From: a virus
Taxonomy: Duplodnaviria; Caudoviricetes
Direction: 5' to 3' (one strand)
Virus record (IMG/VR): IMGVR_UViG_3300043161_000008
Coordinates: 1 to 51,825 of that record
Length of the DNA stretch: 51,825 nucleotides
A program made the position numbers and the translations under genes. Below the pieces are notes generated by a model. The model saw only the letters and a program-made list of their open reading frames with translations, ran no database searches and was not told where the DNA came from. Shown one piece after another: positions 18,052 to 27,444 of this stretch (within the stretch, counting starts at the first letter, position 1; the number at the start of each line of letters is the position of its first letter).

Positions 18052-19862
18052 GGTGCGGCCCCTGTCAACTTCGTCATCAACGAGCCCTGACCAGGGTTGG
18101 CTTCGCTAAGCGTCTTCGCCCCAGCGGCGAGCTTCTGTGCAGTGTCAGCCTGGGCGGCGATGGCTTGCTGCTGCTGTTGCTGGGCGCGTTGATCACGGAT
18201 TGCTTGAAGTTGCTGTGGTGAACGGATCAGCTTGGGGTCGTTGTTGTAGAGATAGGAGACTTTGTCAAGGCCATAGTCGATGTCAACGTTATCGACAGCG
18301 GCGGGGTCGATACCGGCGAGGGCGCCGATCATGTTGAAAAGGCGTTCGATGCCAGCGGCCTGCGCGCCGTTCTGGGCGAGTTCGATCATCGAGGTGAATT
18401 GGGTGTGGATGTTGGCGCCGGCGATCTCTCTGGGTGCTGCTGGCAATATACCCGCCCGTGAAGCAATGCCGAATATTCGCTCATGCATTGGAGCGAAGGC
18501 TTCGTGATTGAGCCTCTCAAGCACAGGTCCGAGCATGAGCATGGCTTCGGCTCGACGTGCGTCGATTTCAGTGGCAGTGACATTGGACCTCGTTTCAAAT
18601 TGGGAAATGACTTGGAAGAGGTTGTTGTAGAAAGTCTCTTTGATCCGGGAGCGGACATCAACCATCTGCTCCATCATTTCCTTGACCTGGGGATTGACCA
18701 AGTAGGCAGGAGCGAAGCCGGCTTTGCCCGAGACGGTCATGCCGTTGACGTAGGTGACGCCGCCGGGGAGGAGCGAGGCGGGTTGGTTTTTGAGTTGGAT
18801 ATCGCCCACCATGGGCGGGTTGACCATCTTGTCGATGCCCTGGCTCAGGCGCTTGGTCTCGACCTGGAGTTGCTTGATGTCTGGGAGGGCATCCATACCA
18901 GGGGATCGACCGTAGGCGTCATTACTAACCAAGTCCCATCGACACGTAATAGCAGGGTTCTCGTGGTAGCCTCGGCTAGAAAGAAGGCCCCGAATATTAC
19001 CTCCTCCCCCCTGTGGTGAAGCCGAACCTCCCCATTCCCAATAACACTCACGGAAAGGGAAGAGTTCAGGGACACCATACTTACGGCCGTCTTCATTGGG
19101 TTCGACCATGTGAGCGACAACGAGCTCGCGAGTTAGGGAGGTGCCTCCTTCGGTCCAGAGGCGGGCGGTTGAGGGAGAGAGTTGTTCGACTCCAAATCTA
19201 TTCGCGACTTGATCGACGGTATTCGTGAATTCCCTGGCGAAAACGTTTGGACGGTAGTAGCCATCTTGGTCGATGTAATACTCTCCAAAACACGGATTGA
19301 AACATCGAATGACATTTTCATAATCCTCATAAATGAGCATCACCGCCGTGCCGAAGACGACGAGGTCGAAGTAGAAGATAGCGAGGGAGTCGTAGAAGTT
19401 GCTTTGCAAGAGGATGAGATTGATGAGGCGTTCGACCGCGGCGAGCCAGAGGCTAATTGACGAGGTCTGGGTCGAGTCGATGTTGTTGATCTTGTACCGG
19501 AACCAACGCTTGGTCGGGTCGGAGCAGCCCATCATCATCCCAGCAGCGAGGTTCCGTGCGGCAAGCGTACCGGTAGAGTCGAGAATATGTTGGTTGATAG
19601 GGGAGCCACGTTGCTGTTGGTTCGGAGTGATGAGCCATTTGTACCTACGGGGGAGGATGTAGTCGGCGAGTTCACGGCCGTGGGTCCAGAAGGAGTAGCG
19701 ATTGGTGCGGAGGCCGAGGAGACGAGACTCGGCCTTTTGACGGAAGAGTTGTTCTGGGGAGTCGAGCCGGATGTTGGCGCGTATTGTCGCGCGGTTGACC
19801 TTCGCCTGCATTGCGGGGTGGAGGCGCATCATCCCGGTGTTGAAGGCGGACTGTTCAGGCAT
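18048..19862 (-). CDS. Portal (head-tail connector) protein
   Basis: 'I.DSTG..AAR.LAAGMM', 'DLVVFGTA', 'RW......YGRSPGM.ALPD.K.LQ', 'TATEI..R..E....LGPVLERL'. Confidence 0.92.
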   Translation of the reverse strand: MPEQSAFNTGMMRLHPAMQAKVNRATIRANIRLDSPEQLFRQKAESRLLGLRTNRYSFWTHGRELADYILPRRYKWLITPNQQQRGSPINQHILDSTGTLAARNLAAGMMMGCSDPTKRWFRYKINNIDSTQTSSISLWLAAVERLINLILLQSNFYDSLAIFYFDLVVFGTAVMLIYEDYENVIRCFNPCFGEYYIDQDGYYRPNVFAREFTNTVDQVANRFGVEQLSPSTARLWTEGGTSLTRELVVAHMVEPNEDGRKYGVPELFPFRECYWEWGGSASPQGGGGNIRGLLSSRGYHENPAITCRWDLVSNDAYGRSPGMDALPDIKQLQVETKRLSQGIDKMVNPPMVGDIQLKNQPASLLPGGVTYVNGMTVSGKAGFAPAYLVNPQVKEMMEQMVDVRSRIKETFYNNLFQVISQFETRSNVTATEIDARRAEAMLMLGPVLERLNHEAFAPMHERIFGIASRAGILPAAPREIAGANIHTQFTSMIELAQNGAQAAGIERLFNMIGALAGIDPAAVDNVDIDYGLDKVSYLYNNDPKLIRSPQQLQAIRDQRAQQQQQQAIAAQADTAQKLAAGAKTLSEANPGQGSLMTKLTGAAP

Positions 19863-20003
19863 CCTGCGGGGCCTTCGGCGGGGAGGGCTTCGGGATGCGG
19901 CCCATCTGGTGCATGATAGCCAAGGCCATTAACATGTCTGTTTCAGACGGCTGGGTCTGAGCAGGAGTGGTGCTCTTGCTTTGGCCCTTGGGAAAGGGGA
20001 CGA

Positions 20004-20222
20004 TCACGCCGTTGGCTCTTCTACTATATCATAGATAGGAAACTCTTCACCCTGTACCTTTCTTTTGCGAACGATCTTATTGAGAATTTCTATGTAAACA
20101 TTTGTATTACACCTACAAATGTACCTATGTCCCATAGGTAAGGTTGAAGGAAAGCTTCTATCAAACATCATGGGCCATTCACCCATATCTTTCATTTCAA
20201 GATTACATTTAGGACAGTTCAT
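20004..20222 (-). CDS. Small zinc-ribbon-like protein (AT-rich insert)
   Basis: CPKC...CRC; AAGGAG RBS; lower GC than flanks. Confidence 0.55.
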   Translation of the reverse strand: MNCPKCNLEMKDMGEWPMMFDRSFPSTLPMGHRYICRCNTNVYIEILNKIVRKRKVQGEEFPIYDIVEEPTA

Positions 20223-20233
20223 TGATCTACTCC

Positions 20234-20437
20234 TTATGCAAAGTTCGCTCCTGCTCCGCCGATCAAGGACCGACCGCCGGTATTCCCTGAACCCGCAACG
20301 AGGCCCGAGCCGAGGAAGGTGGGTTGAGATGATTTCTGCTGTGGCTTTTGACCAGGGCCCGAAGTGCCAAAGGCGGGTGGGGCCTGAGGGGCCTGAGGAA
20401 GGACGGGTGGTGGAGGGGAAGGGGCATTGAGGCTCAC
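20234..20437 (-). CDS. Small Pro-rich protein upstream of the portal
   Basis: Pro-rich N-terminus, 'G.SLIG' C-terminus; typical small gene between TerL and portal. Confidence 0.55.
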   Translation of the reverse strand: MSLNAPSPPPPVLPQAPQAPPAFGTSGPGQKPQQKSSQPTFLGSGLVAGSGNTGGRSLIGGAGANFA

Positions 20438-21951
20438 GCTGCCCTCACTTCATCTTCGTAACGCTGGAACGGGTCATAGTCACTCTCGACGTTGGACTTA
20501 TGCTGATGCTCGCCCCCGGCGTACTCGTGTGGGGCAAGGGCGTTTGAAAAAGTCAGGGCAAGGGCGTCGATGTCATCCAGCTCAAGGTCAGGGTCGAGCT
20601 TGAGCATGTCCTCTTTGGAGATGAGTTGGATTTGGTCTTTCTTATTGAAGGTGTATTTAATCGCCATGAACTGGCGCTTGAGGTCTGGGTCGTCAGGGAG
20701 GCACCCGGCTTTGGTCCAGGCGCGCAGGGCCCCGTACATGCCGCTTCGCATGTTGGCGTACTGCTCTTGCTCAGAGCCAAAGCTCCTATGCGGAGTCATG
20801 TCCTTCGAACCGAATTGGACTTCGTAGCAGAACAAGGCCTTGTGCCGAATTTGGTCTACGACGCCGCCGCCCACGCCGCCCCCGTCCACCATGATCCCAT
20901 CAGCGTGGAGACGGAAGTTCGTGTCGAAGACCTTCTCTGCTAGTTGTACAGTTGAAAGCCCCTGAAATCGTTCTCTAGGGTAGGTACGAGCGTCCCGTCC
21001 CTTGCGGGGGTAAATGACAGAAGCGTTCTTGCCATATCGTGCCACGTCCACCCCAAGGGCAAGCGGATCGGTAAGGGCGGAGACGGCCTCTCGGGACATT
21101 GCGTCGGAGATTTCGGCAGCATTGAAGAACTCCATCTCGCCAACGCGGGGGAATTGGCCATAGACGCGAATGCGGACGAAGTCGGAGTCGTCGCCGTAGG
21201 CATCGATCCACTTGGCGATTTGATCTTTGTTGGTGAAGTCGATTGAGCGAGAGTCAACGCTTCGCGTCTTCCAATACTTCGCGAACATCCCGCCGGGGAA
21301 ACATTCCTTGAACCGGCCTGAGTTGCGGGTCGGGTTGCCATAGACGAGCCAGAAGATTTGGGTGTCCTTATCAGTGAGGGCGCCTTCGGAGGTTTCCCAG
21401 ATGATATCGTCGATGGCAGAGGCCTCGTCCATGATTAGGAGGATACGCCGGCCCTGGTTGTGGAGGCCAGCGAAGGCCTCAGGGTTGTTTTTGGACCAAG
21501 GGACTTGATCAAGGCGCCAAGTGCGTTCGTACTCGGGGTGATAGTAGGAGGTGGCGGTGAGCTTGAATACGTCTTTGGTGATCGAGGCCGCGTGCCATCG
21601 GCCGAGTTCGGCCCAGGTCTTGCCCTTAAGCTGTGGCTCGGTATTGGCGGTGACGACCCCGCGGGTATCAGGGAGGGTGTCGATGCCCCATTTGCAAATC
21701 CAGGAGACTTCGGCGGACTTGCCTACGCCGTGGCCAGAGGCGGTGGCTTCGAGGATGGGTTGGAGGGCCTCAGTCAGATTCGAAGTGGATTGAAGCCGAT
21801 CCCGGATGCCCTTTAACTGATCCTCTTGCCAATAGTTGGGGCCTTTGAAATTGGCAAGGCGGCCAGGAGAGCCCCATTCCCAAGCGCCAAGGACGTAAGC
21901 GAAGGGGTCCTTCGACACGGAGGCGAGCCAATTGACGAGGCTTTCGTCCAT
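20434..21951 (-). CDS. terL: Terminase large subunit
   Basis: Walker A 'ASGHGVGKS', Walker B 'LLIMDEAS', motif III 'GNPTR', nuclease 'LGVDVARYG' and C-terminal 'DDIDALALTF'. Confidence 0.93.
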   Translation of the reverse strand: MDESLVNWLASVSKDPFAYVLGAWEWGSPGRLANFKGPNYWQEDQLKGIRDRLQSTSNLTEALQPILEATASGHGVGKSAEVSWICKWGIDTLPDTRGVVTANTEPQLKGKTWAELGRWHAASITKDVFKLTATSYYHPEYERTWRLDQVPWSKNNPEAFAGLHNQGRRILLIMDEASAIDDIIWETSEGALTDKDTQIFWLVYGNPTRNSGRFKECFPGGMFAKYWKTRSVDSRSIDFTNKDQIAKWIDAYGDDSDFVRIRVYGQFPRVGEMEFFNAAEISDAMSREAVSALTDPLALGVDVARYGKNASVIYPRKGRDARTYPRERFQGLSTVQLAEKVFDTNFRLHADGIMVDGGGVGGGVVDQIRHKALFCYEVQFGSKDMTPHRSFGSEQEQYANMRSGMYGALRAWTKAGCLPDDPDLKRQFMAIKYTFNKKDQIQLISKEDMLKLDPDLELDDIDALALTFSNALAPHEYAGGEHQHKSNVESDYDPFQRYEDEVRAA

Positions 21952-22077
21952 CCCCAGACCCTAAATCGTTTATGTGGCTTCAACCGCAGACCGTGCGCCA
22001 CATAACCTTTTACCACATCTAGTGTGGACTACCCGGTCGCGTATACCACGGCTTTACGGGAATACGTCGACCCACTC

Positions 22078-22689
22078 TTACGCAACCCTCCGCCGTTTGG
22101 TGGTAAGGATGGCTGCGAATGAGGGGCGGGTCGGGGGTGACACTCGTTGTGGTGTGGTCACTACCCCCGACCCTAAAGCCAACGCAGGGGCTGAGTCCAC
22201 GGTGGCTTCAACGGCGATGGCTTCGATGACTTTCACCTCGCGGGCCTTGCCGCTGCGTTCAATCGCGCGGTCAAGGAGGGCGGCGAAGTCGTGTTTGTGT
22301 TCGACCTGAGAAGTCTTAGGGTAGCCGAAGCGATCGGCGCGGTCTTGCGAAAGGCGGTTGAGGGTAAGGAGGGGGAGCTTCTCTCCGGCTTCATCAGCCT
22401 CTTCGAGTTGATCCGCGATCATCGCCTCGGCTTGGATCATATTCCCCATACCCAGGTCGAGGTATTGATCCACGTTCCGGTTCCAAATCTTCTCCACGTC
22501 GTCGCGATAAAGGGTGACGAGTTCCTTGAAAGAAGGATCGTTGAGCAGAATGGAGATGCGTTTGAAGCTGATCCCCGTCTGGCGGCGGATATGGTCATGG
22601 GTCGCGCCGATGGCAACGAGGCGGGCTACCGCGTGATGGCGCTCACGGTACTGATCGAGGGCCCGTCCCGCGGCGGTCAAGGCCCCCAT
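22078..22689 (-). CDS. Putative terminase small subunit
   Basis: N-terminal HTH-like segment, helical middle, basic tail; directly upstream of TerL. Confidence 0.55.
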   Translation of the reverse strand: MGALTAAGRALDQYRERHHAVARLVAIGATHDHIRRQTGISFKRISILLNDPSFKELVTLYRDDVEKIWNRNVDQYLDLGMGNMIQAEAMIADQLEEADEAGEKLPLLTLNRLSQDRADRFGYPKTSQVEHKHDFAALLDRAIERSGKAREVKVIEAIAVEATVDSAPALALGSGVVTTPQRVSPPTRPSFAAILTTKRRRVA

Positions 22690-23132
22690 TACGCGGCCCT
22701 CCGACGGACAGAGCCAAGAGTATTGCCATGTAATAGCGAAGTCACACGCGGTGCATCAGCAATGAGCTTTGCGACCTTTGGGAGGTCCGATACATCAATA
22801 AAAGTACGGTTCATGAGTGTATTCTTCTCAGGGAGATAGCGTTGAATAAGCTTAATCTCCTCTGCATCCAGTTGCCAAATCGGAACCCACTTGACTTTGA
22901 TTTGATCAAACTCAATTAGCGGAACTTCCTCCTTACCTTTGGATGGACGAAGCCCTTTCTTATGCCTGCGCATACCGCTGATGTGTTGACCGATCCGATG
23001 ATACACATTAAGAGACTTCCCAACGTACAGCACTGTCCCCTTGAAGAGAAGGAGATAAACCCCAGTTCCAGGCTGAGGGTGGCCAAAAGGCTCAAACCCT
23101 TCCCGTTCCGATGCCGCACAATCCTCCATCAT
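22689..23132 (-). CDS. GIY-YIG family endonuclease
   Basis: 'GVYLL...LYVGKS..V..RI..H...E...I.RY.P..N'; start placed at the ATG just downstream of the consensus promoter. Confidence 0.75.
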   Translation of the reverse strand: MMEDCAASEREGFEPFGHPQPGTGVYLLLFKGTVLYVGKSLNVYHRIGQHISGMRRHKKGLRPSKGKEEVPLIEFDQIKVKWVPIWQLDAEEIKLIQRYLPEKNTLMNRTFIDVSDLPKVAKLIADAPRVTSLLHGNTLGSVRRRAA

Positions 23133-23139
23133 GCATTCC

Positions 23140-23168
23140 ATTATACACCTTCCTGCCTCAAATGTCAA
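23140..23168 (-). promoter_or_regulatory. Perfect sigma70 promoter facing the packaging/structural arm
   Basis: Minus strand TTGACA-17 nt-TATAAT with TG immediately upstream of the -10. Confidence 0.85.
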
Positions 23169-23374
23169 GTGAAATCGCTCGGTCAACTCACGCTTCGCAA
23201 TCCGCGCGATGGATATGGGTTGTTCCTCACAACAAAAATTTGCGGGCACACACTGTGGCGCGCCCGTTCGTCGATTTTGGGGGTGGGGGTGGCGAAGATG
23301 TCACACTGTGGCCCAAAGGCAACGTGACATTGCTGCAACTGTGGCGCTGCCGCCACACATGTGCCATAAATGCA

Positions 23375-23419
23375 ACCACGAAAATGTGATTGGACCTGGC
23401 AATCGTGCTGTGGTAGCGT
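23375..23419 (+). promoter_or_regulatory. Rightward promoter candidate with an upstream ACCAC-N6-GTGAT site
   Basis: TGGACC-17-TAGCGT with TGTGG extended -10; same upstream motif as at 24912. Confidence 0.45.
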
Positions 23420-23486
23420 TCGGATAGTGCATCACGCAATCCCGCCGTTGCACTACGAAAGCCCCAAGGGGCAAAGGGAGCAGGTT

Positions 23487-23816
23487 ATGGCTAATGATGA
23501 TTGGAAGCAGGTTGACCACGCGGCGCTAATCAAGGCCGTTGGGCAAGACAAGGCCGACGGATTATGGGCGCTGTACGAGAACAGCAAAGCGGCCTATCGC
23601 GCTTACAAGGCGGAGCGGGACACGTTTCAGGCGGGGATGCAAGCCGACTTCACCGACAAGATGCCAAAGGGCATGGAATTGAAGTTTGGTTATAACTTTG
23701 GCAAGCTCAGCATAGCTGTAGGGCCGGTGACTGAGCGCAAGGCGCAGCCGAAGGCGGAGAGCGAGAGCCTGGGGGATTGGCTGGCGGGGCAGGCGGCGAG
23801 CGGGCGGGGGTGCTGA
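23487..23816 (+). CDS. Early hypothetical protein
   Basis: GGGAG RBS then MANDDW; 109 aa. Confidence 0.65.
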   Translation: MANDDWKQVDHAALIKAVGQDKADGLWALYENSKAAYRAYKAERDTFQAGMQADFTDKMPKGMELKFGYNFGKLSIAVGPVTERKAQPKAESESLGDWLAGQAASGRGC

Positions 23817-24253
23817 TATGCGCGAAGCCGATAGAGCACGCGCAGAGGGTTTAATCAAAGCCTGTGAGCGTGACCTAGGGCGCAAGCTATCGCGCGGGGA
23901 GATGCGCGACCTGCTCACTGATCGGTGGCTTGATTGGACACGCGGGCAGATAGCTCATGTTGTCAGTGAGATATTCCCCGAACGTTGGGAGCAATAGCTC
24001 TGGCCTCTCAGATATGAAATGGGAATAGCGCGGTCATACCCGCGCTTTTTCCATTGCTGGCGCAAGCGTAGCGCGTCAAGCCCCACAGATGGCCGCCAGT
24101 GGGCGCAAATCGGTCGGCTAGGGTAGTAGCGCCCCGCTTCGCGAAATGCCTCAGCGACAATCTATGGCCGATTGCGGGGCGTTGTGGGAACGGGCGAGGG
24201 TGGCGCGGCGCGACTAACACTATGGCCCAGTAGATAGAGGCAAGGAGAGTGCG

Positions 24254-24469
24254 ATGCAAATGCGGTTCACAGCTAAGGTTAAAACCATTCAGGAGTTTAT
24301 GAAAGGAATTAACCTGTTTGCAACTGGCGCTGATGAAATGGCGGTAGTAATCCACAAGAATGATAGGTATTACTCTTATCAATTCAACATGGATGCAAGT
24401 GGTATGATTATCGCCAGTGACTTGATGCGAAAGTTTACAAAGATCACAGAAGAGGAGACAGACTTATGA
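24254..24469 (+). CDS. Hypothetical protein
   Basis: AAGGAG RBS; ORF track. Confidence 0.55.
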   Translation: MQMRFTAKVKTIQEFMKGINLFATGADEMAVVIHKNDRYYSYQFNMDASGMIIASDLMRKFTKITEEETDL

Positions 24470-24572
24470 TGAAACCAATCGAAAGGCTAATGCTACATGA
24501 TTTCATCATCATCGCAGCAACGCTGGCCATACCGGCGGTGTTGTTTGTGATGTTCTGGCGAGGGAGTGGGCA

Positions 24573-24866
24573 ATGACCACTAATCAAGAATTGGAAGTGT
24601 ACAAAATGGCCGTTAAGGACGCTATCAAGAGATCAGGACTGGACCCCGATAAATTCACTGACGAACAGATAACGCAAGCTGCAAAGGAAAGTATAATCGA
24701 AAGAGATTTACCATCACCGTTCAAAACCGCTTACCATATTTGGCACCTGCCTTGGCATCTACTCTACATTGGAGCACTCTACTTAGCGATAAGAATTGTT
24801 TGGATGTACACGTTTCTCTATGTGTCAATTAAAAATCTGTTAAAGAGAAATAACGATAACTGGTAG
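24573..24866 (+). CDS. Hypothetical membrane protein (AT-rich)
   Basis: GGGAG RBS; C-terminal hydrophobic segment. Confidence 0.5.
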   Translation: MTTNQELEVYKMAVKDAIKRSGLDPDKFTDEQITQAAKESIIERDLPSPFKTAYHIWHLPWHLLYIGALYLAIRIVWMYTFLYVSIKNLLKRNNDNW

Positions 24867-24911
24867 GGGCCAATAACGCGATCAACTCGTGTTCACGAAC
24901 TCGTTACCCGG

Positions 24912-24956
24912 ATCACGAGAATGTGATTAGGACGTTACCGCGACCTGTGCTATACT
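24912..24956 (+). promoter_or_regulatory. Rightward promoter candidate with an ATCAC-N6-GTGAT palindrome
   Basis: TGTGC-TATACT extended -10, weak -35, palindrome abutting the -35. Confidence 0.55.
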
Positions 24957-25065
24957 GCGCAGGTTAGTTGATTTGAGAGGCGCGAATGCCTCTCGTTTGT
25001 CCATTTGCTGACGCAAGGATAGCCCAAGGGCAGGGGGCTTAATGACCTGCCCAAGAGGAAAGCCA

Positions 25066-25764
25066 ATGGCTAAAATCCAAATCCCCATCCCTAAGGCTGG
25101 AGTGGGAGTGACCTACGAGGTAGACACGGATACGTTCAACGACGATAAGTTTCCGCTTCCGGTTTACCTGGAGATTATGTTGCAAGGGTGCAAGACCTTG
25201 CTCAATCGAGGGCAGAGCAAGCTCAAGTCGAGCAAAGGGCTAGAGGGAAAGGCTCTTGAAGCTGCACAGAACGCGATCCTGGCGGTAGTCCAGGCGCAAT
25301 ATGAGAGTATGCTGAAAGGCGAGACGCGTATTACCGGAGGCAAGGCGAAGCTGAAGGGCGTGGAACGCGAGGTGAAGGCCGAGGCAATGCGGCTTGCCCG
25401 GCTTGCAGTCCGCGACGCGATCAAGGCGAGCGGTGGGAAGATTTCCCATTACTCGGCGAAGAAGATCACCGAAGCGGCGGAGGAGGTCCTTGCGGATGAA
25501 GAGCGTGGTCCGCAATTCATGGAGATTGCAAAGGCGAACGTCGCCAAGCGTCATGAGCTAGACCAGCCGACAAAGGATGCCGACGAGGCCAAGGCCAAGG
25601 GAGCGGAGTTGATCGAAGCCCTTGGATTGAAGGAAGACCCCAAGCTGAAAGCCAAGGCAGAGAAGACTGCGGCGGATAAGAAAGCTGCCAAGGCACAAAA
25701 GGTCTCCGCTGGGGTGCTGGCACAGGCGAAGCCGCAGGCGGGGCAGAGCCACGCGAAGCATTAA
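25066..25764 (+). CDS. Basic Lys/Ala-rich protein (possible DNA-binding)
   Basis: Long ORF, AAGAGG RBS, high K/A content. Confidence 0.65.
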   Translation: MAKIQIPIPKAGVGVTYEVDTDTFNDDKFPLPVYLEIMLQGCKTLLNRGQSKLKSSKGLEGKALEAAQNAILAVVQAQYESMLKGETRITGGKAKLKGVEREVKAEAMRLARLAVRDAIKASGGKISHYSAKKITEAAEEVLADEERGPQFMEIAKANVAKRHELDQPTKDADEAKAKGAELIEALGLKEDPKLKAKAEKTAADKKAAKAQKVSAGVLAQAKPQAGQSHAKH

Positions 25765-25773
25765 GGCAAAGCC

Positions 25774-26025
25774 ATGAAAGTACATGATTTTGCCTCCAGC
25801 GTTCAACCATTCTATGAACGCAATAAATGGGAATGGGATTACGACGGTCACAAAGCAATCCCATCAGCAGACGATATCAGTGAGACACTAAAAGACCTCA
25901 TTAAGCAAGTTAAAATCGACTTCATCCCACATAGTTCGGGTGGCTTGTTTGCCCAATGGGATGACGAAGCCAAAGCCGTTGAATATGGCTTGATAGTCTC
26001 AGACAAGGAAATATCTGAGGACTAA
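25774..26025 (+). CDS. Hypothetical protein
   Basis: ORF track; operon spacing. Confidence 0.55.
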   Translation: MKVHDFASSVQPFYERNKWEWDYDGHKAIPSADDISETLKDLIKQVKIDFIPHSSGGLFAQWDDEAKAVEYGLIVSDKEISED

Positions 26026-26039
26026 TCCAACGCTTGCGA

Positions 26040-26070
26040 CCCTAGGGGCAATCCCGCCCCTAGGGATTTT
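26040..26070 (+). terminator. Intrinsic terminator-like hairpin
   Basis: CCCTAGGGGC-aatccc-GCCCCTAGGG followed by ATTTT. Confidence 0.6.
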
Positions 26071-26088
26071 GCTTGAAAGGCTGAACCA

Positions 26089-26790
26089 ATGACAGACTAT
26101 CGAGACTGGGATCGGCAGACCCAGGGCTATTATGATAGACCCACAACCCAGGAGATACAGGTGAACGAGAACGAACAGGAGAACCCCGCCGTGAGCAAGC
26201 TGCGAGAGGCGTTCGATACCGCACGGAATGCAATCTTAGAGGGGAGTGCCCTAGCAGTACAAGTGCAGGAGCTTCAAGGCATTGTCAATACCCTTCGCAG
26301 TGAGACTACGTTGCTTCAGCTTGACTTGGAATACATTCGCAACCGGAATAAGGAACTGGATGAGCAGGTTACGGAGGTCAGGCGCCAACGGGACAGTGCA
26401 TTTGGTAATCTATCTATCCAACAGGAGCGAGCGGATAGGGCAGAGGGTCAATGCAACTATCTGCAAAACCAAGTCAATAACATGACGCGGTTGTATGACG
26501 CAGAGGTAACACGATCCACTGACTTGATCCGGGAGCGTGACGATGCGATGGTGATGGCCCTGGAGTACGAGACTAAGTTCAAGGAGGCCACGGCGAAGTT
26601 AGCGAGGGTCGAATTGGTTCTTGGCGATATCTTCAATGCAAGAGTAGTGCCTATCCAAGAGGTCGTGGAAGAGGCCAATCGCCCCAAGCCTCATTACGTT
26701 GATCAGCCTCGGGACGAGGTTGGGAAGTTCCAACCCATCGAAGAGCCGAAGCCACAGACTTATGGTTCCGACTCACAGGGTTCATTCTAA
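26089..26790 (+). CDS. Coiled-coil protein
   Basis: Long heptad-like region; C-terminal 'QPRDEVGKF'. Confidence 0.65.
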   Translation: MTDYRDWDRQTQGYYDRPTTQEIQVNENEQENPAVSKLREAFDTARNAILEGSALAVQVQELQGIVNTLRSETTLLQLDLEYIRNRNKELDEQVTEVRRQRDSAFGNLSIQQERADRAEGQCNYLQNQVNNMTRLYDAEVTRSTDLIRERDDAMVMALEYETKFKEATAKLARVELVLGDIFNARVVPIQEVVEEANRPKPHYVDQPRDEVGKFQPIEEPKPQTYGSDSQGSF

Positions 26791-26857
26791 CCAGGGAGAA
26801 TGGGGAGGGAGGAGATGCCCTCCCCATTGCTATCGCAAATGTCACGGGAGAAAACAG

Positions 26858-27142
26858 ATGCCCGAAAATCCTGATTTCCGATGGCTAATTGAGGCGCCGG
26901 GAACAAAATATCTCGCGGTGCAGCGTCTCACGTCGTCGGCAACCTTTGAGTGGACGACCGATCACAATAAGGCGCTGGCGTTTCGCTCGGAAGCGCAGGC
27001 TGACGATATGATGGCCGCGCTGCGCCAGATGGATCGGCTGCACGATAGCTACGAAAACAACGGCAAACTGAGTTGGGGAAAGCTGTTCGCCTTTGAGCCG
27101 ACGCTTGGCAACGCCAAGGCCGTTGAGCACGGGTGGTCTTGA
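26858..27142 (+). CDS. Hypothetical protein
   Basis: GGGAG RBS before MPENP. Confidence 0.6.
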   Translation: MPENPDFRWLIEAPGTKYLAVQRLTSSATFEWTTDHNKALAFRSEAQADDMMAALRQMDRLHDSYENNGKLSWGKLFAFEPTLGNAKAVEHGWS

Positions 27143-27209
27143 TGACCACAAGATGTAGGGCTGTGTGTTCTAAAGAGGTCCTGATCCAAGATCGATTTGG
27201 AAAAGTGCC

Positions 27210-27437
27210 ATGACGCCTTTCCTTTACGCCATGTGCTTAATATTCCTAATGGCTCTTGTGTTACCACCTTGGCTCACGCTACTTATCTTTGTCATCGAGG
27301 ATATATTTCGTGAACCAACCCCAATGGAACTACGTCTTAAGACTGTACCTCCTAATATGACGATTAGACAGGCTTTAAATACGGGTCTAATAACTGAAGA
27401 AGACAGTAAAATCCTTATGTTCTGGGCGTCAATCTAA
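27210..27437 (+). CDS. Small membrane protein
   Basis: Hydrophobic N-terminal 30 aa. Confidence 0.45.
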   Translation: MTPFLYAMCLIFLMALVLPPWLTLLIFVIEDIFREPTPMELRLKTVPPNMTIRQALNTGLITEEDSKILMFWASI

Positions 27438-27444
27438 AGGAGGA

